Part shown: positions 23,913 through 36,729 of the stretch, piece by piece
Layout: each line of letters starts with the position of its first letter
Numbering within the stretch: position 1 is the stretch's first letter
DNA from: Dicyema japonicum
Lineage: Eukaryota; Animalia; Dicyemida
Length of the DNA stretch: 64,000 bases
NCBI GenBank assembly: GCA_011109175.1
Contig: RDEW01000008.1
Coordinates: forward strand, 753,954-817,953
Direction of reading: 5' to 3'
Notes under the pieces: model-generated
The model's input: the letters and a program-made list of their open reading frames with translations, nothing else
Databases searched by the model: none
Told to the model about the DNA's origin: nothing
Position numbers and translations under genes: made by a program

Positions 23913-26900
23913 AGTTACTTGATTATTGGCCTTTAAATTATTTTTGAGTATTTTATTTCTTAGGAAAATCTCTTACTATAAAAAAACCCTCATGACTTTT
24001 GTCATTTTCCACGCAACACGTTATTTTATAGATTTTAGAAATTTTGATTACTGATATGATAATAAAGCACTAGAAATAATAATCTAATACTTCTTTTGTG
24101 CTGCTCATCTCAATTTCTCAAAACAACTCCATGTCCTTACTGGAAAGCCATCCAGGATTATTGTCCATAAGCCACCACCATGTCGCTCTGGGGTCACTTA
24201 GTTAGCTAGGAACTTTCTTTTCTCTTTAACCTTGTGGTCTGCATGGTTATTCCTTCTCGAAACATGATCTGATAGCAGCGGCATTTGCGGATATCGTTAT
24301 AACGCACGGAAATCTGTTTCCCAAGTTGACCCAAAAATTTCAGCGTCGAATGTATTCAATTTTTGTATTTCTACCACAAAATCGTCAGCTACCAATGTCC
24401 CCAAACTACATTGTTAGTGAACCTTCCACTATGAAATTCACTCTGCGTTATATATTCATTATTATTAGTGCCCCAGGATCACCGGGTTAAAAGGAGAAAG
24501 AAAGTTTCTAAGTGACCCCAGACCGATATGAGGGGGGTCCTATCTGACGCGGACGAGAATCCAGAAAGGAAATGTGGTTATCTCGTATCTAAAACAACTT
24601 TACCAAGAAGTCAGGAATATTTTGATGTGTCTTCTTGAAGAGGTCCATTAATATCATGCACGAAAAAGAGCCAATGTTCTTTGATCTTCTAATGTCCCAA
24701 AGGGACCTCTTCATTGCTATAAACTGGAAACCAGCCCTCGAGTTGACTCAAAAGATAATCATTTAGCGTCTTTCTGAGTGGATAACATCGTGGACACAGA
24801 TTGGCTGACTTCCCGACAAATTCAGTTGAACAAACTATTGAGATTGTATCAAAATTTGATAAGAAAATCTCACAATTTCGTCCGAGTCTGAGGTTATATA
24901 ACGTTCAAACGACGAAAACTCAGGCAAATGAATCTTTTCTTCTTCCACCTCTCACTCTCAGGTCCTCATGACCCTACCAAATGTCTCGTTGGAATTGTAT
25001 TTATAAAAAATATAATAATTTTTCATCTTGATCAGTTAGTCTAGTCGTTATTGGCCTAAAAACTGAGCTCGGCACGTATCTGTACATAGGCCCTTGTTTG
25101 CTCAACTTTTCCTTCTTCTTCTTAATGTCTCAGAAGATATCGGAAATTCCGGGTTTTGAAGATAGGTTCGATACCCACTGACCCAATTTGGAGTAACTTG
25201 GATATGTATGAGAAACAATAGACTTAACTCCTAGTTATTAAATCATGAATGTTATTAATGATTATCTCGTTGAGAAACATGCTCATTAATAGTCTAGAAG
25301 ACAATGAATGGTGGAGTACGCTGTTAACAGATTATCAAATCGGTAGACAGGCTTTATTCATTGTCAATATTCGAATTTATTAATCAAGCAATATCTTCTT
25401 TGGTGTCATCCATAATATATTTGTTATATAGTTTGGCGTAATGTCCAAAAATTACGATGACCTTGGTTTCCAAAATAAATATTTTTTTAGTTTTTTGAGG
25501 ATCTTCTTTTGTGGGGAATCGAGATTTCGCTCATTCCTTTTTTTCTCTTTCTATTGTGAATATTAATGGTACCATCGATAGCTTATTCATATCCAGCAAT
25601 TATCGCAAAAACATATTAAATGGGCATGATTATTACAAAATCAATAAAATTAAATTTATATTCGATATTCGAATTCAATTGAGGAACTTCACATTCGAGT
25701 CTCTTCAATGGTTGGAACATTGGCAAAGGCATTAATTAAAAAAGTAAAAACTCGTTTGACGGTGAATATAAGACTCGCGCAACGACGGTGATTTAAACAG
25801 CCATTGGAATGGCTATTTTTGCGGCTATGTCCACCGTCCCCTAGCAGCTGGAGCATGTTTTCTATAAACGTCTGATTCAGTTTTTGAGTAAATAATTTGA
25901 TATTAGTTTTTGGCCAGTCAAACCTTAACGTTAGTAGTATTTTAGTCAAAGTAGATATTTAATGCATAATTAATGGTCGTAACGTTTTTGATGAGAGGTT
26001 AACACTTTTCTAGTAATTTCTTTGTCAATCGTACCCTCAGTTAATATACTTTACTCTGTTTTCAATTCCAAATTTCAGCAAAAAGGAAAGCTAGCTTTAT
26101 GGTTAACCGTCAAATGGGTCTACTAAATTCCCAAGAGTTACTCGATGTCGTAGAGGTGTTTCACCTTCGGGCAATTGACATCTTGTTGACATGTGTTGAT
26201 GGTAAAATCATATATTATTGTCGAATATGTCTTCTCTTGATGCATGAGTCCTTATTTCTTTGGCAGTGAAAGATCGCGAGAAGCATAAGCTGGAGTTGCC
26301 TTCGGACATTGACTTAAACTTTTTAATTGTTTGTGAATATTTCGATAGTATTTGAAACAGGTGGGAACTCAGTAGACTGGTCGTCTTTAAGAGATTTCGC
26401 AGTAATTTTATTAAAAAATTTTTAATAGGGTGTATTTTGAGTCCTGCAAAATGATAATTATTGAACTCTCCCGTTTCAAAGATGCGGAGCGGGAAATCGA
26501 CATTCTCCACAATTATGTATAATCAATGATAATAAAAGCGAAAACCACGCTGACACCAACACTAATCACGTGATCACAGCACGCTCTATAAGGGAACTCA
26601 ACTGGCCCAATGCTCCTTCCTCACACCACACAAGCACGTATTCGCCGAATAAATGGATCTTCGTAGTCACAACGACATGTTCCTCGGTTCTCACGTATTA
26701 GGGATTCCAGAGGCATTGGAGACTGAAATTTTCCACAACAAAACACTTGTCCAAGAGATGAATGGGCCCTATATGCTACATACATAAGAAATGCATGGCT
26801 CGATGTATTGGTCGTATATTTCAACATAGGATGATTTCCGATATTCCATAAGTCAGAGACATTTTAATCATTTTAGGTTAAACCAAAATAAAATTTAAAT

Positions 26901-27069
26901 TAAATTATAAAAAAATAATCAATATTTTAAATTAACTGATTCAAATATTTTATTTTAAGGAAAAAGGAAAAAGAATAGTTAATTTTAATTTTAATTCAGC
27001 TGTTCGGAGATGCACAATTAACTTATATTAAATTATAAAATTTTAATTTTATTTAATTAATAAATTGAG

Positions 27070-27930
27070 CACATGGTTTTTGTGCAACGTATTTCTTCAT
27101 AAACTAGAAAAGGTTTGACGAGTGACGCTGTCATCAGTGAATACTCACTGCGGAACTGGATTGTCTAGAAAGGACACTCACACAAGAAAAATAAAAAAAA
27201 AGAAATGAAGATCATTCCTTGGTTCTACGATTAGTTAAAATTAACTGTTATTTACTTAAATAAAGTGTGTGTCCTGCCAATGCGGAGCTAATACCACGGC
27301 TCCGTGAAAAAGGCTGTTATTATTATTATTATTAAACTAACCTGACTACTGAACCGAAAGTACTAAGAAATTACTCAGCAATCGGTTATGGAGTCTGTCC
27401 AGCCTCAAATTAACTCTTCCGAGTTTATTTTATTTTAAAGGAACGACTAAGTCATTAATTTGAGCATTCTAGACTCACGAACTAATATCTGTTGATTATG
27501 ATGTAAAAATGAAATAAAATTTTAAATTCTTGTTACTTTTATTAATTCATTCGACAGAATTCTCGTAATAATTCAAAGAATAATAATCTTGATTTAAAGA
27601 GATTTACCATGATTCTTTCTATATTGAAAAAGTAGATTTTGAGGTTTAAATGAGATTGGATTTAGATTAAATAAATAGCCGGTCTCTGTGAGACTGCAAT
27701 TAAGGAATGGGTTGCTTGTCAGAAATCAACTATAGCACAATCACCGGCTAATCAAGTCTCTGGAAGATAGGGAATCTGAGGACCCGTCTGTATATCGTAA
27801 CTTGTTTTCATCTCTTTTGTCATCTGTAGTAATGGAGTGTTATGAATATATGGAATACCTGATTAGTAACCAGGGAGTTTACTGAGGTTTGTTAGCTAGT
27901 TATTTTTATAAATACTTCAAATAACAGAGT
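27070..27930 (+). pseudogene. Orphan multi-exon gene remnant, copy 1 (paralog of 30596-31230)
   Basis: Collinear with the 30.6-kb copy; carries stops, mutated splice donors and a 227-bp insertion. Confidence 0.6.
27107..27333 (+). mobile_element. 227-bp retroposed insertion with (TTA)n tail and 6-bp TSD
   Basis: TSD aaacta at 27101-27106 and 27334-27339; absent from the paralogous site near 30625; hairpin CGGAGC..GCTCCG before the tail. Confidence 0.75.
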
Positions 27931-30595
27931 GGAATCTTGACTCTTTACTATTTATTAATGAACCGAATTCACGACACATAAAAATGTTGACAGGCATTAT
28001 ACTCATCAAAAAATTTTCAGAACACGAAATTTTATTATCTCACCTCTGGTGGATTTAATGTCTGGTCAACTATGCTAATCATTAACGATTAACAAAGTAG
28101 ATGTGCTTATTTCAGAGAAGGTCGAAAAGGTCAATCGAAATCATAATAATTTGTTTCTCAAAGACAATCCTAAAAAGTGCTTATTTTAGGCTTATAAACG
28201 CTAATATTTATTTATTTTTTGAAAACGATTTATTTTGAGTCCCCACTTGTGTCTTGATTACATGGGTGAAGTTTAGTATTTAGAATTGCTTTTTTCGAAG
28301 TTTCTCACACATTATAAGTCACATCTAAATAAATTTTTCACTCCAGGGTATAACNTTATTAAATTTTATGACAAAGTTATTAAATAAATAGGAAAACCCT
28401 ATATTTATATTTCCGGTACAATGTTATTTTATTATTCAGCAATCTTAGGAAAGGTAGTTGAACGTTCCACTACATCTGTAAGTATATTTCTGCCAATCGG
28501 AGTCTCACGAGGGTATTATCAGTAACTTATTTTGTTCAATATCTATCTGAACGATATGGCCTCTTCAAAGATGCACTTGTCTCGTATACGCTGACGATAT
28601 GATCATCACAGCAAGAGACAAGTGTGATCACACAGGGCTGTAGCTCTAAGATATAATAGATCACCTTAGTAGTTGGTTTATGAGGAACTTATTTCTACTT
28701 CAAATAGAAGACTAACTTATTCTAGATCGCTCTTAACCTCTAATGAATATTTAATCCCTTCCAGTAACTCTGTCAAGTTATTGGATAACAAGTATGACTC
28801 CCTCATGACATTCGGTACACTCTTTAAAACGTCGTCTCGTAGCTTTTTACGCTGGCGGAATACTCAAGGAGAGTTTCAGAACTAATGGAACCTTATCACT
28901 TGTTTTAACAATCGTTGACTTAAAGAACATCTAAGTGGAGAGTGAAGTCATTTCTACAATTGGCAGTGAAAACAGGCTATCCGCTTTCACTCTCTATATC
29001 TGACTTCTAAAAAATGCGAGGAATCTATGGAGAATGAGACCGTCCCCGTTTTTACCAATTCTGTGGATCTTCGAGGACCCCAAATGAGAGTCAGAACCTA
29101 GTTAGTAGTTAACATTTAACTTTTTCTAATCCGGCGATCTTGGAGTAAAAAACTCATCGTTGACTATTCTTTAAAGCTTAGCCTCTCAGTGTCGTATTGT
29201 ACTGAGGCGATGCCTTTTTGTTTTCCGTGTATTCAATGAATTCTGTTTACATTAAATGAGCGACAAGTTTGTGATCCTGCTAATATCAATTCCGACATAT
29301 GACCTCGAATTATGCATGAGGGCCTTCTGATGCCTATTGCAGAGAATATAGATAATCTGGTTGTATATTTGTATTGGTTGCCAAATTTGTCTAGGTTTAA
29401 CTGAACGAGAAAAGTAGTCCTAAGAGCTTTTGAAATCAGATATTTTACAAACAAATCATAAAGTAAATTTCCATTAAGTTATTTAAAAATTATTTCTTGG
29501 CATTAATCAATTTTTTCGGTCATTAATTTTCTCTAATTAACTAAATTTCATTAGAAGAACTGTTACAACTCGAAAAGACACATGGTATACAGGCAGTAAC
29601 TGTCTGCTTTGATCAAGAGCCTTCGAGATAGCAGTCATATGTTTATAATCCTTCCAATATCCTAAAATTCTTAGGTAAGAGGGAATTTATTAATAACCGG
29701 TACCTTCAAATGAGCAAAAACAAGAACGACACAGTCAAAGACGTACGCTCCCAGAGATCCGACAGGGAATGCTAACTAATTTAAAAAAATGTAATTAATT
29801 AAAGCCAATAATCACCGAATAATTAAAAGAGAATGTTAGGTGATCCTGACCTCTTTATGCAGCCGTCTCATCGTTTCGAAAACCGAAGCACTTCTGGGAA
29901 TCCTTCCAATGAAGTGAAAGGATGCAAATGAACTTTTTTTCGTATTTTCCTGGTGCTAGAGAGTCACCTGAGATGGGTGGACAACATGAACAAGATACGG
30001 AACAGAAGGGGAACTGAGAGAAAGTTCTCTAATATCTCCGATGTCGAATAACTCTGGCCCAGAATCATGTCAACTGTTAACTTATAACTATGAGAAGACG
30101 AAAGAAGGTGAGATATTTGTTGAATTAGGTACATCACAACGTTCCAGTCAATTAACGACATCTGCGGCGAATAAATATTTAATCGTTTAGGAGTGGCATT
30201 CAATCCATCCCATAGAAATTTTTGGATGACTGTCAATTTTTTAATTCACGGCTTACCCTGGTTTAATAAAGACGACTGTTAATTGTTCAATCACTCAACA
30301 GCGCTAATTCTTATGACTGCTGCGAATACTCCTACAGTTCTGTTGATCGTTCCTTAATTTCCGTTAGTTCAACTATGGATGTGACAACTACTTGCATGCT
30401 GAGACCACGGACCAGATCATCAATAGCTCCCCTGCTTACGAAAGCTACCGTAGATATGGAACCGGATTCCTCCGCGTCTATGAGGAAAATGAAAACCCGC
30501 TTCGTATATACTTTTCAAAGGAAAAAGAAAACCGATTGGTTCAAAAATTCTCGATTGGTAAAAATTTAATTTTATTTAATTAATAAATTGAGCAC

Positions 30596-31760
30596 ATGGT
30601 CTTTGTGCAAAGTATTTCTTCATCAACTAACCTGACTACTGCACCGAAAGTACTAAGAAATTACTCAGCAAACGGTTATGGAGTCTGTCCAGCCTCAATT
30701 TAACTTTTTCGAGTCTATTTTATTTTACAAGGAACGAGTAAGTCATTAATTTAAACATTCTAGACTCACGAACTAATATCTGTTGTTTATGATGTAAAAA
30801 TGAAGTTAAAATTTTAAATTCTTGTTACTTTTATCAATTCATTCCACAGAATTCTCGTAAAAATTCAAAGAATGATAAACTTGATCTAAAGTGATTTACC
30901 ATGCGTCTTTCTATATCGAAATGGTAGATTCTGAGGTTTAAATTTGTTTGCATTTAGATTGAAAAAATAGCCGGTCGCTGTGAGACAGCAATTCAGGAAT
31001 GGGTTGCTTGTCAGAAATTAACGATAGCACAAATACCGGCTAATCAAGTCTCTGGAAGATAGGGAATCTGAAGACGCGCCTGTATGTCGTAACTTGTTTT
31101 CACCACTTCCGTCTTCTGTAGTAATGAAGTGTTATGAGATACGGAAGACCTGATTAGTACAACCAGGTAGTTCACTTAGGTTTGTTAGCAAATTATTTTC
31201 AGAAGTGTTTAAATTATCAGAGTGGAGTCTTGATTCGAATTTCGGTTCATGCAAGTGTGAGACTAATATTCAGATGTGGATAAGTCTGATTAATTTCTTA
31301 GAGTTGTACTTGACCTAATCGAATACTTAGAAAGAACCTGGATGCTGTTGAAACAACCGTTACCTTTGGACTCGTATTGGTGGATTACACCAAAGTTCAA
31401 TAAAAAGTCACATTTAAATAAAAAGCACTAAAAAACTGCTTGGACCATCGATGAGTACTCTACACTCAAATTGTCTTCAGTGATTTCTTCCAATTTCTAG
31501 TCTCTATTGTTGCTGTAACCTAGTACTCTTACTGGATCTGATATACCTGAATTTGTCGCCACAAATACAAATGTTCAGACTTTGAAACGACTGACTGATG
31601 AACTAAATGAGTCTATTAAAGTTATATTCTTGGTTATTTTTAGCTAGACAGAGAACGATATCGATTCCCAGATGATGGGTCTACTATGAAAACATCGAAT
31701 GGTCTGCATTCACGTACATTTGGAAGAGAAAGGACTGTGGGGACGATGAGGCTACTCATC
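30596..31760 (+). pseudogene. Orphan multi-exon gene remnant, copy 2, with mini-introns
   Basis: MVFVQSISSSTNLTTAPK|QTVMESVQPQFNFFESILFYKER|THELISVVYDVKMK reads in frame after removing introns 30650-30668 (19 nt), 30738-30763 (26 nt) and 30805-30849 (45 nt); another intron at 30936-30957. Downstream stops and frameshifts. Confidence 0.6.
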
Positions 31761-34208
31761 GAACATATTAGAAATTACTGATGAAGGTATTCTGAAAAAC
31801 CAATATCAGTAATTTTTAGTGATTGATATTAGGGCGAACAAATGGGCCCCGATGACGCTCTTGCTTTACTGTAGATCTATGAAAGTTCAACAAGGCCCTA
31901 GCTCAGGGTTGACCAACATTTTTCGCTCGCGAGCTACTTTTTATATAGCGATTTGTCTGGCGATCGACAATACATTTTTTGTATTCTAATAACAATTTTT
32001 TAATATTAGATTGTATTTAACAAAAAAAGAGAACAAGAAACAAACGCGTCAAAAATGGAGAGAATTTTTTTTTTATAATAAAAAATGTAATGCCATCTCG
32101 TTTTTAAGTATTTGTTTATGGCTTTTTAGAGAGGGTTGTTATGGAAAAACAGTTGCCCTTACCGTCTTCTATTGTCGTCCAATCGAAACTGTTTCCATAG
32201 GGACGGACATAAAGTTGCGGTCAATGTCTCTTTTGGCAGCTTATTGGATTGCGGACAGTTTCAGGAGAGAGGATCTGGAAATTCCCATTGACCACGACTC
32301 ACATCGTAGATCAATCCCGGTTGTAAAAATTGACAAAAGACATCGTAAAGGGGCGCAGCTTTTCTTTCGAAGGGTTTTGAGATTATTCTCGTAAGTGCCG
32401 CAGTCGCTCGATTCTCAACATTTTTTTGCAAAAGTAATTCCTTGGTCAAACGTCACTCCCAGTATGGTTTGTGTGGCCGTAAAAGGGATTACCACGTCGT
32501 TAATCGTGGTCTTAGGCCTCGTTGTATAATGTTGTCTACAAAATGTAAAGAAAGTCAAATTATTTTATAGGTTATACCCCCAGGCATAAGCCTTCCAACC
32601 ATTTGATTAAGGAATTGAGCATTCCCTGATTCATTTGATCTGCGACTTTGTAGTAAAATGTGTACATCAATTTAGCTGTTGGATGTTTGGACATGTCTGA
32701 GTTTGGATGAGGTCACACGACCTTATTATGGATGACATTTTCAACTAAAGTAGAATTGGAACTTTGAATGTACTTTCAGGAATTACACCTCAAATTGGCG
32801 AACAAATGAAAACAGTGGATGATCTTGATGAAATATGAAAATCTAAGTGAGGAAATGAATATGAAAAAGGAGGGAGTGCTATTAACTAAATACAGGTTTG
32901 TTAACTTATAAAGCATCAATTGTGGAGTAGTGGAAATTATTAAGCACTACAATATTAACAGGAATTATGACTCATTCATAGAAACAACATTACTCACAAT
33001 TATAAAATTAATGATTTAGTCTTTGGAACAATTCATGAGATATAGCAGATAGGAGTAGTGATAGACTTGTCGTTCTTGTCGATATTAGTGCCGTCGAATA
33101 AACTATAAGATATTTGCATTCCAAAAAATTTAAATTATAATCAAAAGAACAAAGACACTTTAAGAGATCCGAATATATTTCGACGAGTCAATACAAAACA
33201 TTGAGTTAATCCTTTTTATTTGGTGTTGACGACTTTCCCAGTGAAAATGGTGTAGATTTATTATAGATTCTATAAGAAATAAATTATTAATTTTAAGAGG
33301 TTTATGACTTATATCCATAGCTTCAGCATTCAATGTAGTATCAATTTTCTTTAAGTCTCTCTTAGTGGAAAGCATTACGCAACAAATTATGTGACATGGG
33401 CCACTGATTACCTGTGGACAACCCGTTACATTAAGCTTGAACTAAGATTAACTTGAATTATTGATTTATTAACCACAAAGAATAATTAATTTAAGTAACT
33501 ATTTTTAGTCTATCCATTCCTGCAGTCGATATTTCAACTTTCGAATTTTTATCTATTAAAATATTTAAAACTATCTCAACGCGATTTTAGAAAAAAAGTT
33601 TTCGATCTCTTTTTTATTAAAAGACAAATTACTTTGAATCTCTTAGAGTTATTATGATAGTGATAAATTATATACTGAATAAGCACAAAAATAGGATTTA
33701 TTACTTGATAATAAAAACTTACAGAAATCTTAAACTTAATTGCAAAAACGTTGGCTGAATAAAAATGATATTTTGGGTGTTAATTAGAGTTGGGAAACTT
33801 GAGATTATCCCCAAGTAAAAAAAGTGAAAGAACTAATTTCAAATGACCTGAGTTACATATCCGACTTGCGAACAAACATTAACCACTAAGAAATTGGTCA
33901 AACAGTTGATGGAACAAGGTTTTTAAAAAACGTAAGTTACAAAAATTTCATTTTCAATTTTTATCAGCTTTAGTAAGCATCTATTAAATAAATCGACAAG
34001 AGTAGTAAGCATCTATTACATAAATTTCCTAGTAAACACACACTTTATTTAAAAAGGAAAAAATAGTAAAATTTATTGCAGATGCAAAAAATTAAATAAT
34101 GCAATCTTCAACCCTTGAGAAATCGTACTTATTATTACTAAAACAGTATGCGGATAGTATGGACATATGAAATATTTTACTTCAACTTCTATTTTGATAG
34201 AGAGGCCA

Positions 34209-36150
34209 TCCAATATTAATTTTGCTTCTATACTTATTGAGACAAACAGCCCTCTCCCGAACGACAACGAAATTTCCTAAGAAACAATTGCTTATTTGGT
34301 TCCGTTCAGTTTAATTATTTAACCCAATCTCCCTAGCAAATAAGAAGCCGGAAACTTTTAGCTGGAATTGTCGAGGACTTTAATAAATCTTTCAAAAACA
34401 ATGATCCAGACATGAGAAAATCTATTAAAGGTTCGTAATAGTTCGTGAGTGATCCACGAGTCAGGATTAGTTTGCAGTTTAAAATACCTGGAGTGAATTA
34501 GAAGAGGTTTATTTTTAAGCAAGAGTATCCGAGAGACTAGATCGTCCACAGAAACGATTGACTAGATCGATCCGAGAGACTTGATCGTCCGCTTGTAGGA
34601 CAAAGATTACCGACATCTCAACAAAAAATGAGACAACCAAATGATCCTCGCAACATTATTAGCTTGATTATTTAATGTGATTAAACTGAATGTAGTTAGG
34701 CTCGATTTTTAAAGAATTTGGTGTAATACGAGCAATAGGAATGATATTTTCATTAAAATAGTTTACTCAGTTAAAGACAGATCAAATTAAGATCATCGAC
34801 AATATAAACTTTCCCAAACCTTTTTCTTGCTGAGATCCTCAAAGTTTAAAAAATTCTACATGGAGGCAATCCGATACTTTGATTTCAAATATCGGAAGCG
34901 TGACATTGGAGCTACTCGTTAGTATTCGCCGTGAATGGAATTAAGTTATGGAAAGTCTCTTTCTAAATTGAGCCAAAATTCACCGGAAACTCCAGGAGAA
35001 GTTTCAATCAAAGTAAAATGATAGCTAAGTCATTTAAGGTCTCAGTTGATTTCTACAATAATTATAATTCTCCTAGGAGTCGTTTATATTAATCACGTGC
35101 TCTGAATTAGACATTTATGTGTTTAGTTGGAATTAAAATAAATATATATTTTCGATAAAGATTAATAAATAGTCAAAATCTGTTATTTGGGAGCTGATTT
35201 ACACAAGTAGGACAATAGGAGAAACAGACATTTCCACAGTTTCTGCAGAAGGTGGATGAATTTGAAGGAAGATGCATTTCTCGAATGAGCTCTTCACATT
35301 CGGATTGCAATCTATGATGAATGTAAACAAGTCTATTTTGGTATAAACTCATATACTGAATATGATTTTGTATAAGATCACAATTCAAACACTCACATTG
35401 TTTCCACGTGGGTCATAACTACTGGGTGATTCAGGAATCATGCCAAATCCCTTTGAATTCTGATTATTGACATCACGAACAATATTTTCGTCGTTTTGGC
35501 ATGCTTTAATGATGCTATTATTTTCATATGTTGAGTCTTTTAGGAGATTTTCAATTTTAAACTTATTTTCCGTGTTTTTCCAGCCAACGGGTGGTTTCTT
35601 TTTCTTTATAAACTTTTGATGGATCTTTCGATGTCGGCACAGATTTGAGTGTTGTGTGTACTTTTTCGAGCAAAACTAACATAACAAGAATGATTTGTAC
35701 ATTACAGTAATATGGCTTGAAGGTTTTATGGACATGTGAATGCTGCTTTAGACCACTCTTTGTGTGAAAGGATTTATTGCAAAGCTCGCACATATATCTT
35801 TCTTTCTCCATGTTTTTATTTACTACCTCGACTAGAGTTTCGTGTTTTTAAAAAGCTACTTTTGTGATTCGTATGCTTTATAATGTAATTTTGCGTAGAT
35901 GCTGAGCTATGCTTGTGTTGTCGGGTTTTTCGTTGTTTGAAATAAAATAATGAAACTGATAAATTATTGTTTTTAATTTGTCCTTATTAGAATATCTCAG
36001 TAATCGCAAAATTCTTTTTGTCTTTGGGTGTATTTGAAATGATTGATAATTCTGTTTGAATGCACCATTATCAGTAATGTAGTTGATTAAAACTGATATA
36101 ATTTAAATGTTTCATAATTTGTCACGTAAAGATTTCTTATTATTGACAAA
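34209..36150 (+). repeat. Segmental duplication, copy A (partner about 59347-62580)
   Basis: Collinear, same orientation, diverged; copy B carries extra insertions at about 59600-60650 and 60784-61118. Confidence 0.85.
35173..35811 (-). CDS. 190-aa C2H2 zinc-finger protein related to PRDM3/16 (EVI1/MECOM, hamlet, egl-43) fingers
   Basis: join(35811-35701, 35675-35397, 35355-35173) is open. CELCNKSFHTKSGLKQHSHVHKTFKPYYCN|FCSKKYTQHSNLCRHRKIH parallels the EVI1 SGLKQHKHIH..KSYTQFSNLCRHKRMH motif. Introns are 25 and 41 nt. Confidence 0.8.
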
Positions 36151-36729
36151 ATTCATAGAACCATAACTATCATTATTATTATTAAAAGCAGTCGCGAGAA
36201 AACATATAATTCATGCCAGTTAATGTTTCTTGTGAGGTTGTTTAAGTCCTCTACAATTAAAAGTTCTTAGAGTGAACTAAGAAGTTGGTAAAGAGTACGA
36301 ATAATAATTATTATTACCCCCAGGATCACTGGGTCAAAGAGAAAGAAAATAAGTTCTCATCTAACTAAGTGATCCCAGACCGACAAAGGATAGGACGAGT
36401 CCGGCGAGGTCGAGAATCCTGAACAGCTCTTTTCATTGGACATGACATCGGCTTAAAATTTCTGTATGATTGTAGATATTTCGATAGTGTATGGAATAGA
36501 GGGCAGCTCGGTAAACTAGCCTCCTTTAAGAGTTTCCGTTGTAATTCAATTAAGAAATTTTCAATGGGTTGGATTTTGTGTTCTGGTCCAATTAACCTTA
36601 TTGCAGTCTCCTCGATTGCGGATAGTTTCAATGAGGAGGATCGTGAAATCTGCATTGCCCATGAAAAAACTTACATACGTCATCGTTGGTCGGATAAATT
36701 GTTCATAAATCGTGACAAGTCCACCAGTT

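Noticed and set aside
28020-28200. ISPLVDLM resembling RecQ helicase motif Ia
   Set aside because: No convincing Walker A or DEAH motif nearby; too short and degenerate.
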